Shown: in pieces, positions 12,436 to 25,900 of the stretch
How positions within the stretch are numbered: position 1 is the first letter of the stretch
How the letters are laid out: each line of letters begins with the position of its first letter
NCBI GenBank assembly: GCA_965637545.1
Contig: OZ281497.1
Span: forward strand, 16,926,001-16,990,000
Reading direction: 5' to 3'
Length of the DNA stretch: 64,000 bases
DNA from: Phallusia mammillata
Lineage: Eukaryota
Program-made: the position numbers and the translations under genes
The notes under the pieces: generated by a model
What the model saw: only the letters and a program-made list of their open reading frames with translations
Told to the model about the DNA's origin: nothing
Databases searched by the model: none

Positions 12436-12949
12436 TAGTGTTGTACCGAATCGGCTAAATTTCGATTCGGCCGAAGCCGAATATTTGGCGGTTTTGCCGA
12501 ATAAAATCGGCCGAATCAACCGAATTATTTATGACGTCACGCGACTTCGTAAAGTATGCGTTTGACATGAAAAAAATGTTTATCTACCAGGCAACTAGTG
12601 CAGAATAGTTGTGTTTCGTCCTCATTTCGGTTCTGTGGGGTTTAAAATTGCCCCAAGCATGATTGGCAACCTGCCAATGAATTACTAATTTTTGACTACA
12701 GTGGTAAAAACGATAACGTGTTGAAAAAAATAAAATTGACGCAATTTTCGTTATGTTTGGGCTTTTGAAAAATTGCTTGGTACCTTAATAATCAGAAAAG
12801 ACACGTTTAACGCTTTAAATTTGTGTTCGTAAAAGATTCGGTTTCGGCCGAATCGCAACAAATTATTCGGCCGAAACCGAATCTGCAAAAATGACCGATT
12901 CAGCCGAATAAATTCGGCAAACCGAATATTCGGTACGCCTACATCTCTA
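12436..12949. mobile_element. hAT MITE with TTCGGCCGAA subterminal repeats (copy 1 of a tandem pair)
   Basis: Imperfect TIR starting TAGTGTTGTACCGAAT; 8-bp TSD CTAAATAC at 12428-12435 and 12950-12957; many palindromic TTCGGCCGAA motifs near both ends. Confidence 0.85.
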
Positions 12950-12957
12950 CTAAATAC

Positions 12958-13368
12958 TAGTGATGCACCGGACCCACCTTAAAAGGTTCGGGCCGAAACC
13001 GAATATTCGGTCATGAGGCCGAATAATTTCGGCCGAATCAGGCCGAACATAAAATCCCGTCCTTGAATGTTTGAATGTTTTCAACTGAACATTGCGTGTT
13101 GTTGTTGCAAGTGAACTCAATTATGACAAACCAAAAACACTTTCACAATGCGGAATCTTTTCTAAACTTGAAATATTTTGCAGACAACGTGGCTCGTATT
13201 TTATAGATACAACAAATAAGTTAGTTAATTTATGATGTTTCGTATTGGCGAAAATGAAAGTTCGGTTTCGGCCGAATTTTCCAAAAAGTTCGGGCCGAAA
13301 CCGAAACATCGGAAAACAGCGTATTCGGCCGAAATGTTTCGGCCAACCGAAACTTCAGTGCATCACTA
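12958..13368. mobile_element. hAT MITE with TTCGGCCGAA subterminal repeats (copy 2 of a tandem pair)
   Basis: TIRs TAGTGATGCAC / GTGCATCACTA; 8-bp TSD CTAAATAC at 12950-12957 and 13369-13376. Confidence 0.9.
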
Positions 13369-13618
13369 CTAAATACTGCATGTTATCACATGGTAAGTAG
13401 TTTTAGTGGACATAGCATACTTGCGAAAATTATAATTTTGCGGACTTTTTGGGACTTAAATTCTCGCGGCATAGGCTACTATGCGGTAACATGCGGTGTT
13501 TAGCACCACCAGAAAAAATAGAAGAAAATATGTAGCTTGTTTTCTCGATTATTCGGCCTTTTTAAACTTTTTACCTGCTAATACTTAACTTTCAGAGAGA
13601 AGACAAAACATTTCGAGG

Positions 13619-13624
13619 TTTATT
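13619..13624 (-). terminator. Candidate polyadenylation signal of PMS2
   Basis: AATAAA on the minus strand about 85 nt after the PMS2 stop codon. Confidence 0.4.
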
Positions 13625-13708
13625 TGCAATTTAAGAAATACAATACAAAAACTATTAACCAGCACTGAAGAAAAATCATAGAAGACTATTATAAAGTGTT
13701 TTATGATT

Positions 13709-16700
13709 CTATGTTGTAGCAATCCGTGACAAATCAAGAATATGTCTCATAGTAGGACGTCCATGAGGACAATTCCAAGGGTGTTCAATCTCAGCCATGT
13801 GATCAAGCAACCTCCTCATTTCACGAGCGTTAAGCGCAGTGCCTGCAATTTAAACGAAAAATAGTGATGTCCAATAACAACAAGCTAATATGGCAGTTAT
13901 AAACTTAACCATCCTCATGTGTTTTGACAAAGCTGGCATTACTTGTTCGAAACTAATTTTAAAATTAAATCAATGCTGTATATGGCTAAAGCTCGATCGG
14001 GTACGTTTTAATATACACAGACAGTGCAACATCACAATGGTGGCCACACACCTTATGCCTTATCAACTAAGTATACTTTTCACAAACCACATACAAAATG
14101 TAAGTGGAATATTTGCACTAACATAAAGCATTGGCTTGATAATGAAGCTACACGTCATTGTAAAAAAAAACTGACGTAGGCCATTAGGCTACACAACACA
14201 GATGAAATTGAGTAGTCAAAAATGGGCGCACGGGTTTTTCCGAAAGGTTATTTTTTTCGTTCTTTGTAGCACTATTTGAACAGTGTAGAGTAGACTCTCA
14301 ATCAACTTGCAGTTAAAAATCAAGTTAAAACAATTTACGTACCTATCATAACAGATTTACGGCAAGCCCTTGACGCGAACATTTGTCTAATTCTGGAGGG
14401 TCGACAAAAAACACCCGGAGCGTCACTCAACATAAAAATCAACTCATCAACATCGGCTGAGCCGAAATCCCAATTCTTACTCATTGGAACCCGATTCAAG
14501 AAAACTTGATCCTGACCTGAAACTACATGAAACAACTTACAAAATGAAATTGTACGTAGACATACAGACGAAAAAACAGCGCTTTAGCCCTTTGGGTACA
14601 ACTTTCTCACCCGAGTCCTCAGTGATATTAAAATCAAAACCATTTCGTTGAAAGATGGAAATGTTTTCCACGAGCACCAACTTGTCAGCAGCAGTTAAGT
14701 TTAGTCGTTGAGGAATCATCAATTTTTGTGTGTGAATTTCCGTGCAACGCTGAAGGGTCTCAAAATTATAGATTTCATCCGAGGCGTGCTGGAAACAAAA
14801 CAATACAAATCAATAATTTCAACATAAAATAAATAAGATAATGTTCGTATATTTACACTTTTTTCAATCAATCTATTTCATTAGGGCTACAGATGTCGTA
14901 TTTTACATTAAATGTGAGTGTTTAACAACTGATCAGTGGCAAAAGAACAAAATAAATACTTATGTTCTAAAATAAGTTTATTTGACGTCTAACTGTCATA
15001 GGCGGATGAAACTTATATCTTAAACGTCCAGAAATCAGAGAAAAAACGACAACGAAAAAATTCGACGTAGTTGATAGAAGAAAAGAGCTTTGATTTACCT
15101 GGTCAATTATAAAGAGATCGTTTTTGTATCTTGCCACCACAAAGCCAAGGTTGAACTGACCTAAAACGTCCATTTTGAAAAACGCAGTTTTGTTCAAATT
15201 TCGACTTAGTTCCTTTTCAGCGTCTGTGTTTTGACCCGGAGTTATTTTCGCTTGAAAGGAAGATGACCTTGTGAAACTTCCAGTACTTTCCATGTCTATT
15301 AAATACAAAATAATACATTGAAGTCTCCATACATTTTGACATAAATATAACAATGTGCATTTAGCACTAACCCTGTAATATCTTTAGCCTTGAACTTATT
15401 GTTTTCATGGAAAATTTCGCCGTGCGCAATGATTCCCTTCCTATTTCGTGTGTTTCTTCCGCTTTGTCGTAAACAATGTTAGTTTTCGCTTGATCATTAG
15501 AGTTTGAATCATTGTGAATTGTATGTTCTTTGAAAATATAAAACTCGCGATCCTCAAGAGCCTGTTTGTCATTCGGTAATCCAATTTCGCCATTTGTATG
15601 CGCTGTGTTTTCAGAGTCAAAATATACTTCCGCTTGCGGGCGCTTGATCTCCAATACGTTTCCAATTCGTAGGGGAGAAACGTCTTCTTCAGAGGTTTCA
15701 AAGTCGGATGTATCTTGTTTAGTAACATTTTCTTTACCAAAAGTCTTAAGGTCGGATTTCTGAACAGATGACGGTGAAAAAAACCTGTCCATACGTGGTT
15801 GCTTGGCAACTACCGAAGGTGAGTTAAAACCCTGTGTGGAAGGTCGCTTTCTGGTGATGGTCGTCGGCAGTGGAGAATCTTTGCGACGAAACTTGGAAAG
15901 CAAGCTTACGGTTGGACTTGACGTTTCCTCTGTATCGCTGTTTCTGGATAAAGTTGCTCGGTCTGGTGTCAAAGTTAAAGCTGATTCTTTCTCAATGTCA
16001 CCTTTGCTGCCTAGAAATGCGTACACATATTTTGTGTTGTTAATGTGCTTTTTCAAGGCAATATTAAACAACTTGTAGTTTGTTAAAGAGTCCAATGATT
16101 CCTTTAAGGCACTTTGAACTTCTATTAAACTTTACTCATTGCAATAGGCAGCATTAAAATATTTTTTGCACAGTGCCTCGGTCTTGGCTGGACTCGGCTC
16201 CTATGCAAAAACATGGTGTATATACTTTATTGGTCCACAAAAATCATCAAATACTCACAATCCGCAACATCGAAAGACAATCGTGGACTCGGACGGGTGC
16301 AGGAATCAACCACGTGACAACCGTTACTGGTGAACATTTGCAGAAGTGAACTCTTCACAATTGCAAGTAAAACTTTCTCGCCTTGCAGAAAAACCTGTCG
16401 TTTGTCGGGTGTTACGTTCACATCCACCGCATCCCGCCTCATCTCAATATTGAGCGCCACAAACGGATACTGATGTCTAAAATTTGTAAAAAATACGAAA
16501 AAATACGAAAAAGTGGCAGCTTATATTTCTATTGATTTGTTGTTAAACTTGAAGTGTGTTGTTATTCATGTTCAATTTTATTTCCTTAGCTTGGAACAAC
16601 CTCTAACCACGCGATGACTCAGCCACCTTGGCGCCTGTTTTATTGAAAATCATTTAAACTGTAAATTTTCAGTAAATGGACTGTTTTGTAGACAGGTGCA

Positions 16701-19207
16701 AACAAACCCAAAGTATAGGGGCGATTAATAATAAAATATTTTGAAAAAATACATGAGGCACATGGTGTACATATCTTACATGACAGACCGACCAACTTCT
16801 AACATTAAAATTACCTATTAAACATGTGATAAACTTCATTGACAAGTTTAGATACACGGGGCACGTCTACAGGCCTTGAGTTGATAAAGTAATATTGGCG
16901 GTCTGGAGACGACCGACCATGTGTGTGGCCAATCTTGGATAACCAACCATTTACACTGAAACAATCCAATACTTCATTTACTTCATCTTCTTTCAGATGA
17001 TAGTCTTCACAAACCTACACAATTACAAATTTGTTTTATTCAGGGATTAGCAAAATTTGCATATTTGACATAAGGAATGTTCTATTTCCTTATTCATATT
17101 TCTTGAAATGCTTATGCTTTTAGCCATTACTGGAAAAAAGACTGCATGGTGCAGTTTGCCAAATGAAGAAAAGTGTTTAATGGGCTAACACCACTTACCA
17201 TTTATCATAGGTTTATGCCATACCTCAAAAGTGGGATTAATTTGTTTGAATTCAGAAAGAAGTTCAAACTGTTTGGATCCAAATACAGTAACAATATTTT
17301 GTTTTATAGTTGGAGCACCTTGTGTTGAAAGAAGGACAGTTTTCTTGCCCTTTGATGTCTGCAATCAAGTTGACACAATTTAGCACCTTTTTTCTTATGA
17401 GTATTTTTGTAGTAATACAATATACCTGGTTGCTGCATGAAAGTCTCACATGTGTAGAAATGATGCAGTAGGCGTTCATGAGAGATAATAGTTTTGCATA
17501 CTCCTAAAAATTCATGATAATGTTCGCAACAAACAATACACCAATATAGTTTGGAATTGAAAAAGAGAAAAAAATAAACACCTATTGGGTACAGGACCAC
17601 GTATAAGTTATTGTACACCATTCTCTTTTATAAAAAGCTTGTTAAAAAGGGTTGTTTGTTTATTTTGGAAGAAACCATTTGCTCATTTTGTATCAAAAGC
17701 CTATGTCAAAATGCTTTGGAATTTCAGTTCCAAACAGTAAGTAACAATATGATCTCCAAACCTAATTTACTACCACAAACCTTGAACTTTTTAAATGGTG
17801 CCACTTGAATATGACACAATTTAGAGTAATATAACACAATTCAAATGCAGGTAACCTTTTTGATGTTTCTCTTAAACTCATTCAATCTGACAGGCAGTGT
17901 GGAGAAAATATTCTTAAGTTGAACAGTTGTCCCAATCTGCCTTGCCACTTGTGACTTTTTTATTATCTTTCCATTGTGATCATATTCAAGTTTATGACCA
18001 ATGCTGCAGAAAAGAAACATTACTGTTTCAGTATGAGTTTGATATAAATGCTGAATATCAAGAAAGTTAGATAAGGTTACATGTGTAGTTGGTCTTGCAA
18101 CAAATTAGATCAGTTTAAAATTTTCAAAGGTTTCTAACTTGCTTGATATATATGCAACAAATGCTTGTCTTAACTTTACTGGCTAAAGTATTACTACACA
18201 TGAAAACTTACAGTCAAAATCTAAGCAATTGTTCTTTGCATGGCTAATGGAGTAATTATGAATTTTTTATGAAACAGTTTAACTAAAATTATGAAACAGT
18301 TTAACTAAAATTCATGCTTTAAATACTGTATTGGCAATTAACATGTGGTTATACCTCATACATGATATTTTTCTCTCACAGAATTAATTGGGGTTTGAAC
18401 TGTACTAGGTTTTGTAATATTTATGCAAGACTTTGGTGGTTATTTAAGTTAGCTTTTACATGTGATATCTCCTTGATAGTTCCATCTGGACACTTCTTAG
18501 CCTGTAGTGAGATTCAAACTTACAACTTTAAATTTTTAACGGCTGTAGCTACAAACTGTGGAAAAGACTGGTAATATATTTTGATTGGGGGTAATTCAGT
18601 GATGCATGTTACAAAGAACTAATAAATAAACCAACATGTTATCTTACATGGAATATTATGTTTTTATATTTACCTAGTATCTTTGTGCCTTGTGCTTATT
18701 GTGACATCACACAGTGCACAAAGGGAACTGAGTGCTTCACCTCTGAAGCCAAATGTTCCGATTGAACTTAAATCAACAAATTCTTGCAGTTTAGAAGTGT
18801 AATGTTTCAATGCTAAAAACGAATGAAAGCATTAAAATACAACAGCAACGAGCTTTAAAGTAAGGCCAAAGCAAAATGTTTTAAAATCAAAGTTTAACAC
18901 AATACAAAATACTGACTTACTTAGTGCAGCAAAGTTTTTCTCTTGCACTCCAATTCCATTGTCTGATACTTCAATTTGTTCAGAACCATACTCCTTCAAT
19001 TTAATCTCTGTCAAAGTGTAAAAACATACGACCGTTGTGCTTTGTCACCATCAAAACATACAAAATACACATAATACCAATGCTAGTTGCTTTAGCGTCC
19101 AAACTGTTTTCTACAAGTTCTTTGACAGCAGTAGCAAGATCCAACACAACTTGTCCGGAGCATATTTGGTGCACTGTAGATTTGTTTATGGCCTTAATTT
19201 CCGCCAT
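13709..19207 (-). CDS. PMS2: Mismatch repair endonuclease PMS2 (MutL-alpha subunit), 820 aa
   Basis: Exons 19207-19078, 19007-18921, 18812-18674, 18003-17856, 17503-17426, 17358-17224, 17014-16815, 16476-16259, 16010-15372, 15295-15099, 14788-14611, 14522-14343, 13842-13709, phases consistent. GHKL motifs [30 protein letters not shown]; [10 protein letters not shown]; endonuclease motif [12 protein letters not shown]; QKLMIP; SRACRKS; [12 protein letters not shown]. Confidence 0.98.
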
Positions 19208-22200
19208 TTAAATGCAACTACTAGCTGCAAACAAAACGTTGATGTTTATGACCAACCTAAGTTATCATTGCATTTTCGCTGCCCATTGTCATGAAAAGTT
19301 ACATTTTCGGGAAATAACCTGATATGCAACAGACGGTAAGCGGAGCTAGTGGGCAGGAAAAATTCCTGCTTTATGTCTCAGCTCAGAGCTCCCGTTTCCA
19401 TAAATTCCTGGGGCACCGTGTGTGACTGACAACCAGTGTGTAGTGCGCATTGCTAGTAATAATCTTTAAAAAGATATATTTACCACTCACTAGAGTCTAG
19501 TGCTCTTCAACCTTTTTTCCCGTTGTATACCTTTTACAATTTTTAAGCAACTTTGTATACCCTACGCATAGCTATTTTTAATTGTGCACAGAAAGTAACA
19601 GTCTGCCAATAGGTACTTGCCTGGTCGCGTGAATTATTGTTATACAAGGCCAGGAGTAGACAACCTGTGGCCGTGAACATGTAAACTGAAATATTTGGAT
19701 TTGCAAAACTTGTTTGAGGGGCTGGAAAACATATTAACAGCCCAGAAGCCGCATGTTTAAGACTTTTTGTAAGCCTATTATGGATAAACAATGCGAAAAC
19801 AGGCATCATTAGCGTCACAATTTACATGGTGACGCCATAAACAGTAAAGTCTGATTCCTAGACTGCGCAGCTCAATCTACGTAACAAGCTAGAAATTAAA
19901 TTGTCTATCAGGCACTATTAATAAGTATATTTACGATGCGGCCGTCGCAGCGGAAAGGTTGTGCACCCCCCGTGCTACGTCCAGGAAATTTAGCATACAA
20001 AAGTGTGTAAACCTAACAAGTTGATTTAATGATTAGCTTGTTGCTGCATTCTTTCAGCAATTTGGACATGTGGTGTGGTGTTGACTTGTTCTCAATAGCC
20101 CTAAATCAATATAAAATCAATTCGTTTTGTTGATTTTGACGTGATCTCAAAAAGATAAAAAATCAATTTTTGTATTCGCAATCGTTTACTCCAGGAATAT
20201 TAAAAGTAAAATTTCAGAAAGTACGTTGTTCAACCTTAACAGATAAATTTTTTGTATTTCCATTCAAAGTTTTGTATATTTTCATAACTAACAGTAAGCC
20301 CCTTAGCTTAACCGCCCGTCGATGGCCACTTCTTGGATTAGTGAAACTGAAAACAAATGAGCTGTGCATTATTTTATCTCGGTCATCCCATGACCTATTA
20401 GGTCTACAGCTCTGATTGCGGTGTTAATAACATTTGTCCGCAAGCAAGAAAAAACTTTTGAATTCGTAAAGTTGAAATTGAAGTTAAGATTAAACTGAAA
20501 TCCTGCTTGTTCCTTCAAAATACATGATATAAAAAAAGCAAAAACATCAATAAAAAACATTTTTATCCAGCCACAAATCAATAGCAACTGTTACATGTCA
20601 CATGTTATCGCTTTGTCAAATTAATTCGCGTGGACCGTGGCACAGCATTTTAATGAGGTTTCAATGGGTAGGGTGGCTATTTAGCATTTTCCCCCGTAAA
20701 CAATTCTACACGGGGCTAAAATTAGTTCGCGTTTCGAACAAAGGCGTGAAACGAATCTTTTTCACGGGGATAGATTTCCGAATTATTTTGATACTGGTTT
20801 GAAAAGGAAACCCCGAGGTCTTGGACCACATTTTTTTTTACTTTAGGAACCCGTAAAAAAGAACAGCAGCTTCTGGAAAGAGGCGCAATCAAGTCGCGGC
20901 TGAATGCACACGACTTCTGCGTGAGTTGATCGGCAAAGACGAACGGCGTTTAAAACCGCGTGACCGAGATCGAACAATCAGTGGTACTTCAGCCGAGCGA
21001 AAGGTGACACCGGTGCAGTGGCGTTAACCTGACGGTCCGAAGCATTTGTTGTTCCCCAATAGAGCTCGACAATGACTTTTCTTCGCGCTGCCAAAATTTG
21101 GCTGTCTCCTGGGCTTCCGCCATGCTAGGCGAGATGATCACGCATTCTCCTTGTTGCAAAGTAGCCAAGAAAAACTGTAGCTAAATTGGGTTTAGTTTAG
21201 TATCGATTGAAAAATAAATTAATCTTCAAGCTTCAGGGAGCTGTCGGGTTGTTGTTCGTGTTACGTGTTAGGGGTAATCAAGTTTTCGACCTTGTTTGAT
21301 TGGGTCCGAAAGATTAGGGTTGTTTTTGGAAGCAAGGAAGGCTTTGCTGGAAGCTTTTACAGCAATGCTGTGTTCCGTTTTAGCCACGTTTGGAAAGAAT
21401 ACAAACTAGATTTTCTGGAGTCATTGATGGATACAGTTTGCTCTGTGGTAATAGTTGCTAAAAATACATCAAGTGGTGGTGAAGAAGAGGATGCCGCTGG
21501 GCATTAAAAAGAAAAGTGCCCTTTACTTCAAACAAATATTCTATGGTGTAGGTTAAAACTCGTTCAGAAGACGTTTTCAAGTGTTTTATTGCTTCGTGAA
21601 CGTCCAATACCGCTAAATGTGATATAATTGTTCTTCACCGTGCTCAGAGCCGCTTTATCATTTGTTAATCCAAGCTGACATGGGGTCAAATGTGCAGTTC
21701 GTCTGAAAACTACTGAATTTGCAGTGGAGCTGTTTTTATTTTATTGAATCCAACTCGCAATAGGTGCAAAGCAAGTTGTTTAACCGTGCCTGTTTGTAAC
21801 GTTAATTCGATTTGTCGCTTGTTAGCATTCAAAGACCGCTAATTTAAACTACTACGCACGCCTTATGGACCTAATTTAAGCATTGGTAATTGGGTTTGCT
21901 GAATTCACCCAGCAAACATGTTACATTTCTCGGCAATTGGCCGGCGAATGCAAAAACGCACCAAAGTATTTCGTGATGTTTGCTTTTTTGAAATATGGCC
22001 GACAGAAAATATGACAAGCTGGTTTGCACCGACTTCGGCCGAATCCGAACCTGGAAAAGTGTGTGAGTAAATTTTGCCTGTAACGATTTGTTTCACATTC
22101 CAATACCCACAACACTGCGGTGTCTTATCAATTATTAATAATGCAAAGCGTTCGGTGCGCATTCCAGACCAGAATCGCACGAAAGAACTGCTAAAAAACC

Positions 22201-22991
22201 TCGACATTAAAATAACTTTACAAAAATGCAACGAAGGTCAAGTTTTATCAAACAATACAAACATTCATCAATCAATATCATAAACACGTGTTTGTGTCTC
22301 AAGCGACAACTTTTTGCATCGACGTAAAAACGCTGGCAACGAAAATCTGGTATGCGCATCACGGAAAACTTGTGTCCCTATGCTGTGTTGTAGTCGATAC
22401 TAGGGTTACTTTACACAACTTTGACACTGTGCAAAATCGAATTAGTCACGAGCGCTAGAGCGAAAGATACCGTAACAAATGAGAAATTCCAGAAGGGGAC
22501 TGTTGATTTTTTTGTTACTGGCTGCGGAAGCTGGTAAAAAATAGCCGTTGATTTCTTTTTTCAGAGTGGCGTGTTTGTCGTCTTCTGTCATTCAAGGCCG
22601 TAGTTGTGTCGAGGAATGGTTAAACACAAGGTTAAAGATGTTTGGTAGAAAAGTTCCATATAACTTAGCTACATTTGTTGGTGCCAGAATGCTCAATATT
22701 TTGAATTTAAACAAACGTGTTTGTTCTTATGCGTGCAAGGAACTGTGACTGCTGTATTGAAATGATTGACGTTTTATGAAGCAAAAATAAGAAATATGTG
22801 TTTGTTAGAGTCAGATATTACGCTAAAAACAAAAGTATTTAGTTATGGTAAAAAAAACATATATCGCTTTGTTTTTATGCTGGGTTTATACGATTGTCTC
22901 CTATTTACACTACAGTCGTTTTTTAGAAAGTGCAGAAATTTAACTTTTACTTCATAACGATTTTGAGACCTGAGCTGTGAAACGCAGCAAC

Positions 22992-25900
22992 ATGGAACTC
23001 GAAAATTCTTCACCAACCAGCGACGTCCCTGTTGATGACCAGCTATCAGGAAACAAAAGCAGGAACAAGAGTTTCAAGGTGGTAGTAAATAACTAAGTTT
23101 ATTTTGTTATACGATCGGCACTTGCGCAATGAACACCGGCCGATGTCAAATCGTGGTGAAATGATGTATCGGTGTGGAATGAACAAAATAGGAGCTAAAA
23201 CGACCCAAATTTAGCGAAACTCAAAAATAAGCTCGACTCGATATTTGAAGGGAACAGTTAGTTATAACCTAAACTCCATGGTTAATGACCGTGAATCACT
23301 GCATTAAGTGAGGTGCTATCGCACGTTTTGTGCAGGGTTCTTTTCTGGGCACGCTGGTTTGCGCGTTCGTTATGTCAATTAAAGTTTCTTTCGAAAATTT
23401 TTTATTTTTTTATTTTTTTTTTAGCTATGTTTTAGCTATTTATTAAAAAAAATCTTTCGAAATTTTGGATTGACATCGAAAGAGTCCGAAGATGAAATAT
23501 ATGTGATTTTATAAATACTTTAGATCAGGGGTCATCAAACTATTTTCACAGCGGGACTGATAATTTTAATAACCATTTGTCGCTGATGTTGTCGCTTATT
23601 CTGATGGTGCCGCTGTTAAATTGCAAAATTATGAAGAATATATAGGTGTCTCATCTACCAACCCTTGTTTCCTATTCTATCACAAGCAACCAAACAAGGC
23701 AATCGTTCACGCACAATTATTGTTATTTGCTCTTGTCTATGACGTAACAAACCGCTTTTGGATCATATCTAAATGCGTTGCAATCCTTTTAGACCAGATA
23801 AAAGTATTACTAGAATGCATTCTGTAGGTTTGTGCAATCTTTAAAGTATTGCGTTACAAAATGTTCCATACGTTTTAATACAGCAAATAATCCTTCGCGA
23901 GCCGGATAAAATGACGCCGATTGCCTAGTTTTGTGACCCCTGCTTAGATGAATTTTTGGCCTAAAACAACCGTACATAGAAAAACTATCGACATCCTATG
24001 ACTTCGTATGGCTCGCATGATTGTTCTCGGGCTCATGAGCAATATTACTTTGCATCAACAAATGTCGCAAACTATTGATTTATCGACGACACGTACATGA
24101 TACCGTGCGCGCGTGCAATCAGACGCAATATGAAGAATCGATGAAACATAATTCAAATGTAAAAACTATTAAGTGGGACCAAATCCGAATAGCAATACAA
24201 CCCGCCTGACCGGCTAACAACATTTAGTTTAACTTGTAACATCCACGAGTGATTTATTGATCCACTTTTACTACATATGCATTTGCGTCGGTGACGCGCA
24301 TTTATGGTTTTGTGGGGGATTTTTTCCAGTTTGATCAGATACGATTTTGCAAATTTGATATTCCTTACTCAAAAATTTGCTATAGTTGTTTATGTTTTGT
24401 GCTGTTTTTTTCCTTTTTTTACAAAAATTGCATTTAATCTCCAACAGGAACAAAAATATGTGTTGGAAATATGAAATTGACATTTCTCACAGTAATATCA
24501 GTAACAAACACAAAAAGCATGATTTTGTAACAAATTTAAATTTATTTTGATAGTTCGGTTTATTTTTTAAAACATTTGCTTTTAACAGCGGCTTGCGGAA
24601 ATGCGACGAAAGTCGGTTAACAATGCTGACTGCTTCATCACTTTGGCCGTCCTCTTCACGTTGTGTCCTGCAGTTTTTGTTGTTCTTGTTGTCGTACCGA
24701 TTAAGGTAAGTTGTATTTGTAAATCGCTTGTTTTGGTCGTTAATTTTTATTTTTTTCATTAGTTTTATTTTTTTAAGTAATGTATTTAATGCACAAAACG
24801 AATTGAAACAGAAAACCTAAAAATTGCAAAACAAACATTATGCATACGTTTAGCAGTTTCGCAGCCTAAACTCGGTTTGCTTTTATCAATTTTTATTATC
24901 CTAATGCGTTTCAGTGACCACAGAGCTTTTATCCTAACCCCGAAAAATTACGGCATTATTAGGTAGTAACATATATAACCACGTTGTACAATGTACACCA
25001 AACAAAATGTTTGAGACAACTGGTTAGTCAGGTATCCGGAGTTAAGAACTGGGGCTTTCTGTAGTGACATGACTCTGTATGGCAATAATTTTTGGCGAGG
25101 CAAATTATGACCCTCGAAGTCGAAGATACTTTGTAGGAAAATATAAACGGTGTTAAATTTGTGGTATTATTTTACGTGGAAGATTTTGTTCGTTTCCCCA
25201 TTGGTCCTAAACGCTTCGCAAAGTCTAAGTTTCGCAAAAAATTTTCGCGATACAATATTTTGCAAAAAACAAAAAATATTTTTTATATTATTATTATTTT
25301 TTTTTTTTTGCGACCCACTTTCATGCATTGTTATAGTATTAAAATTTATTTTTAATAAATTCTTACATTCTTAAACATTGGAGATAACGTTTCGCTTCAG
25401 TAGCAACTCTATCATCCGCATGACATCCAATTGTTGATAGACAGGGTACATATTTCGTTGTGTAAACTACAACCTCTCGCTCGGCCGATTTTCATAAAGT
25501 GCCGGCGTTGTTTATGGTTTTTGTATCCCCACATTCTTCAACAACGAGTGTTTGGGCTAGTGAAGCATTTTTCGAATTCTTAAAATTGTTAAGATCTTCA
25601 TAACTTACTTTTTCAATCAGATAAAAACTAAATCATAAGCCATGCGGATTTACCAGCAATACAAACGGTTTACCAATTTGATGTATTGAGCTTGTAATAA
25701 ACTCGCATAGCAAGTTTGTGTTTTCGTCTTTCAGTTTGCATAAGATTTTTTAACGCCCAAAGCCAAATCTCCAAGCTAATGATAACTTGTAGTTATACGC
25801 AAACATAGCACAAGGTTTATTTTACAATTAAGCACAAAACGCCCTTTTCAGTTTGCAGCCATACAAACGCAGACCAAATTTATCAGCGCATTTCTTATCG

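Noticed and set aside
12436-13368. CRISPR-like array of palindromic TTCGGCCGAA repeats
   Set aside because: Spacing is irregular, repeats cluster at transposon ends bounded by TIRs and TSDs, the context is eukaryotic and there are no cas genes.
12239-13709. PMS2-GFER operon (co-oriented neighbours, as in ascidian trans-spliced operons)
   Set aside because: PMS2 has a candidate AATAAA and about 0.5 kb of spacer remains even after removing both MITEs; nothing in the sequence shows a direct intercistronic junction.
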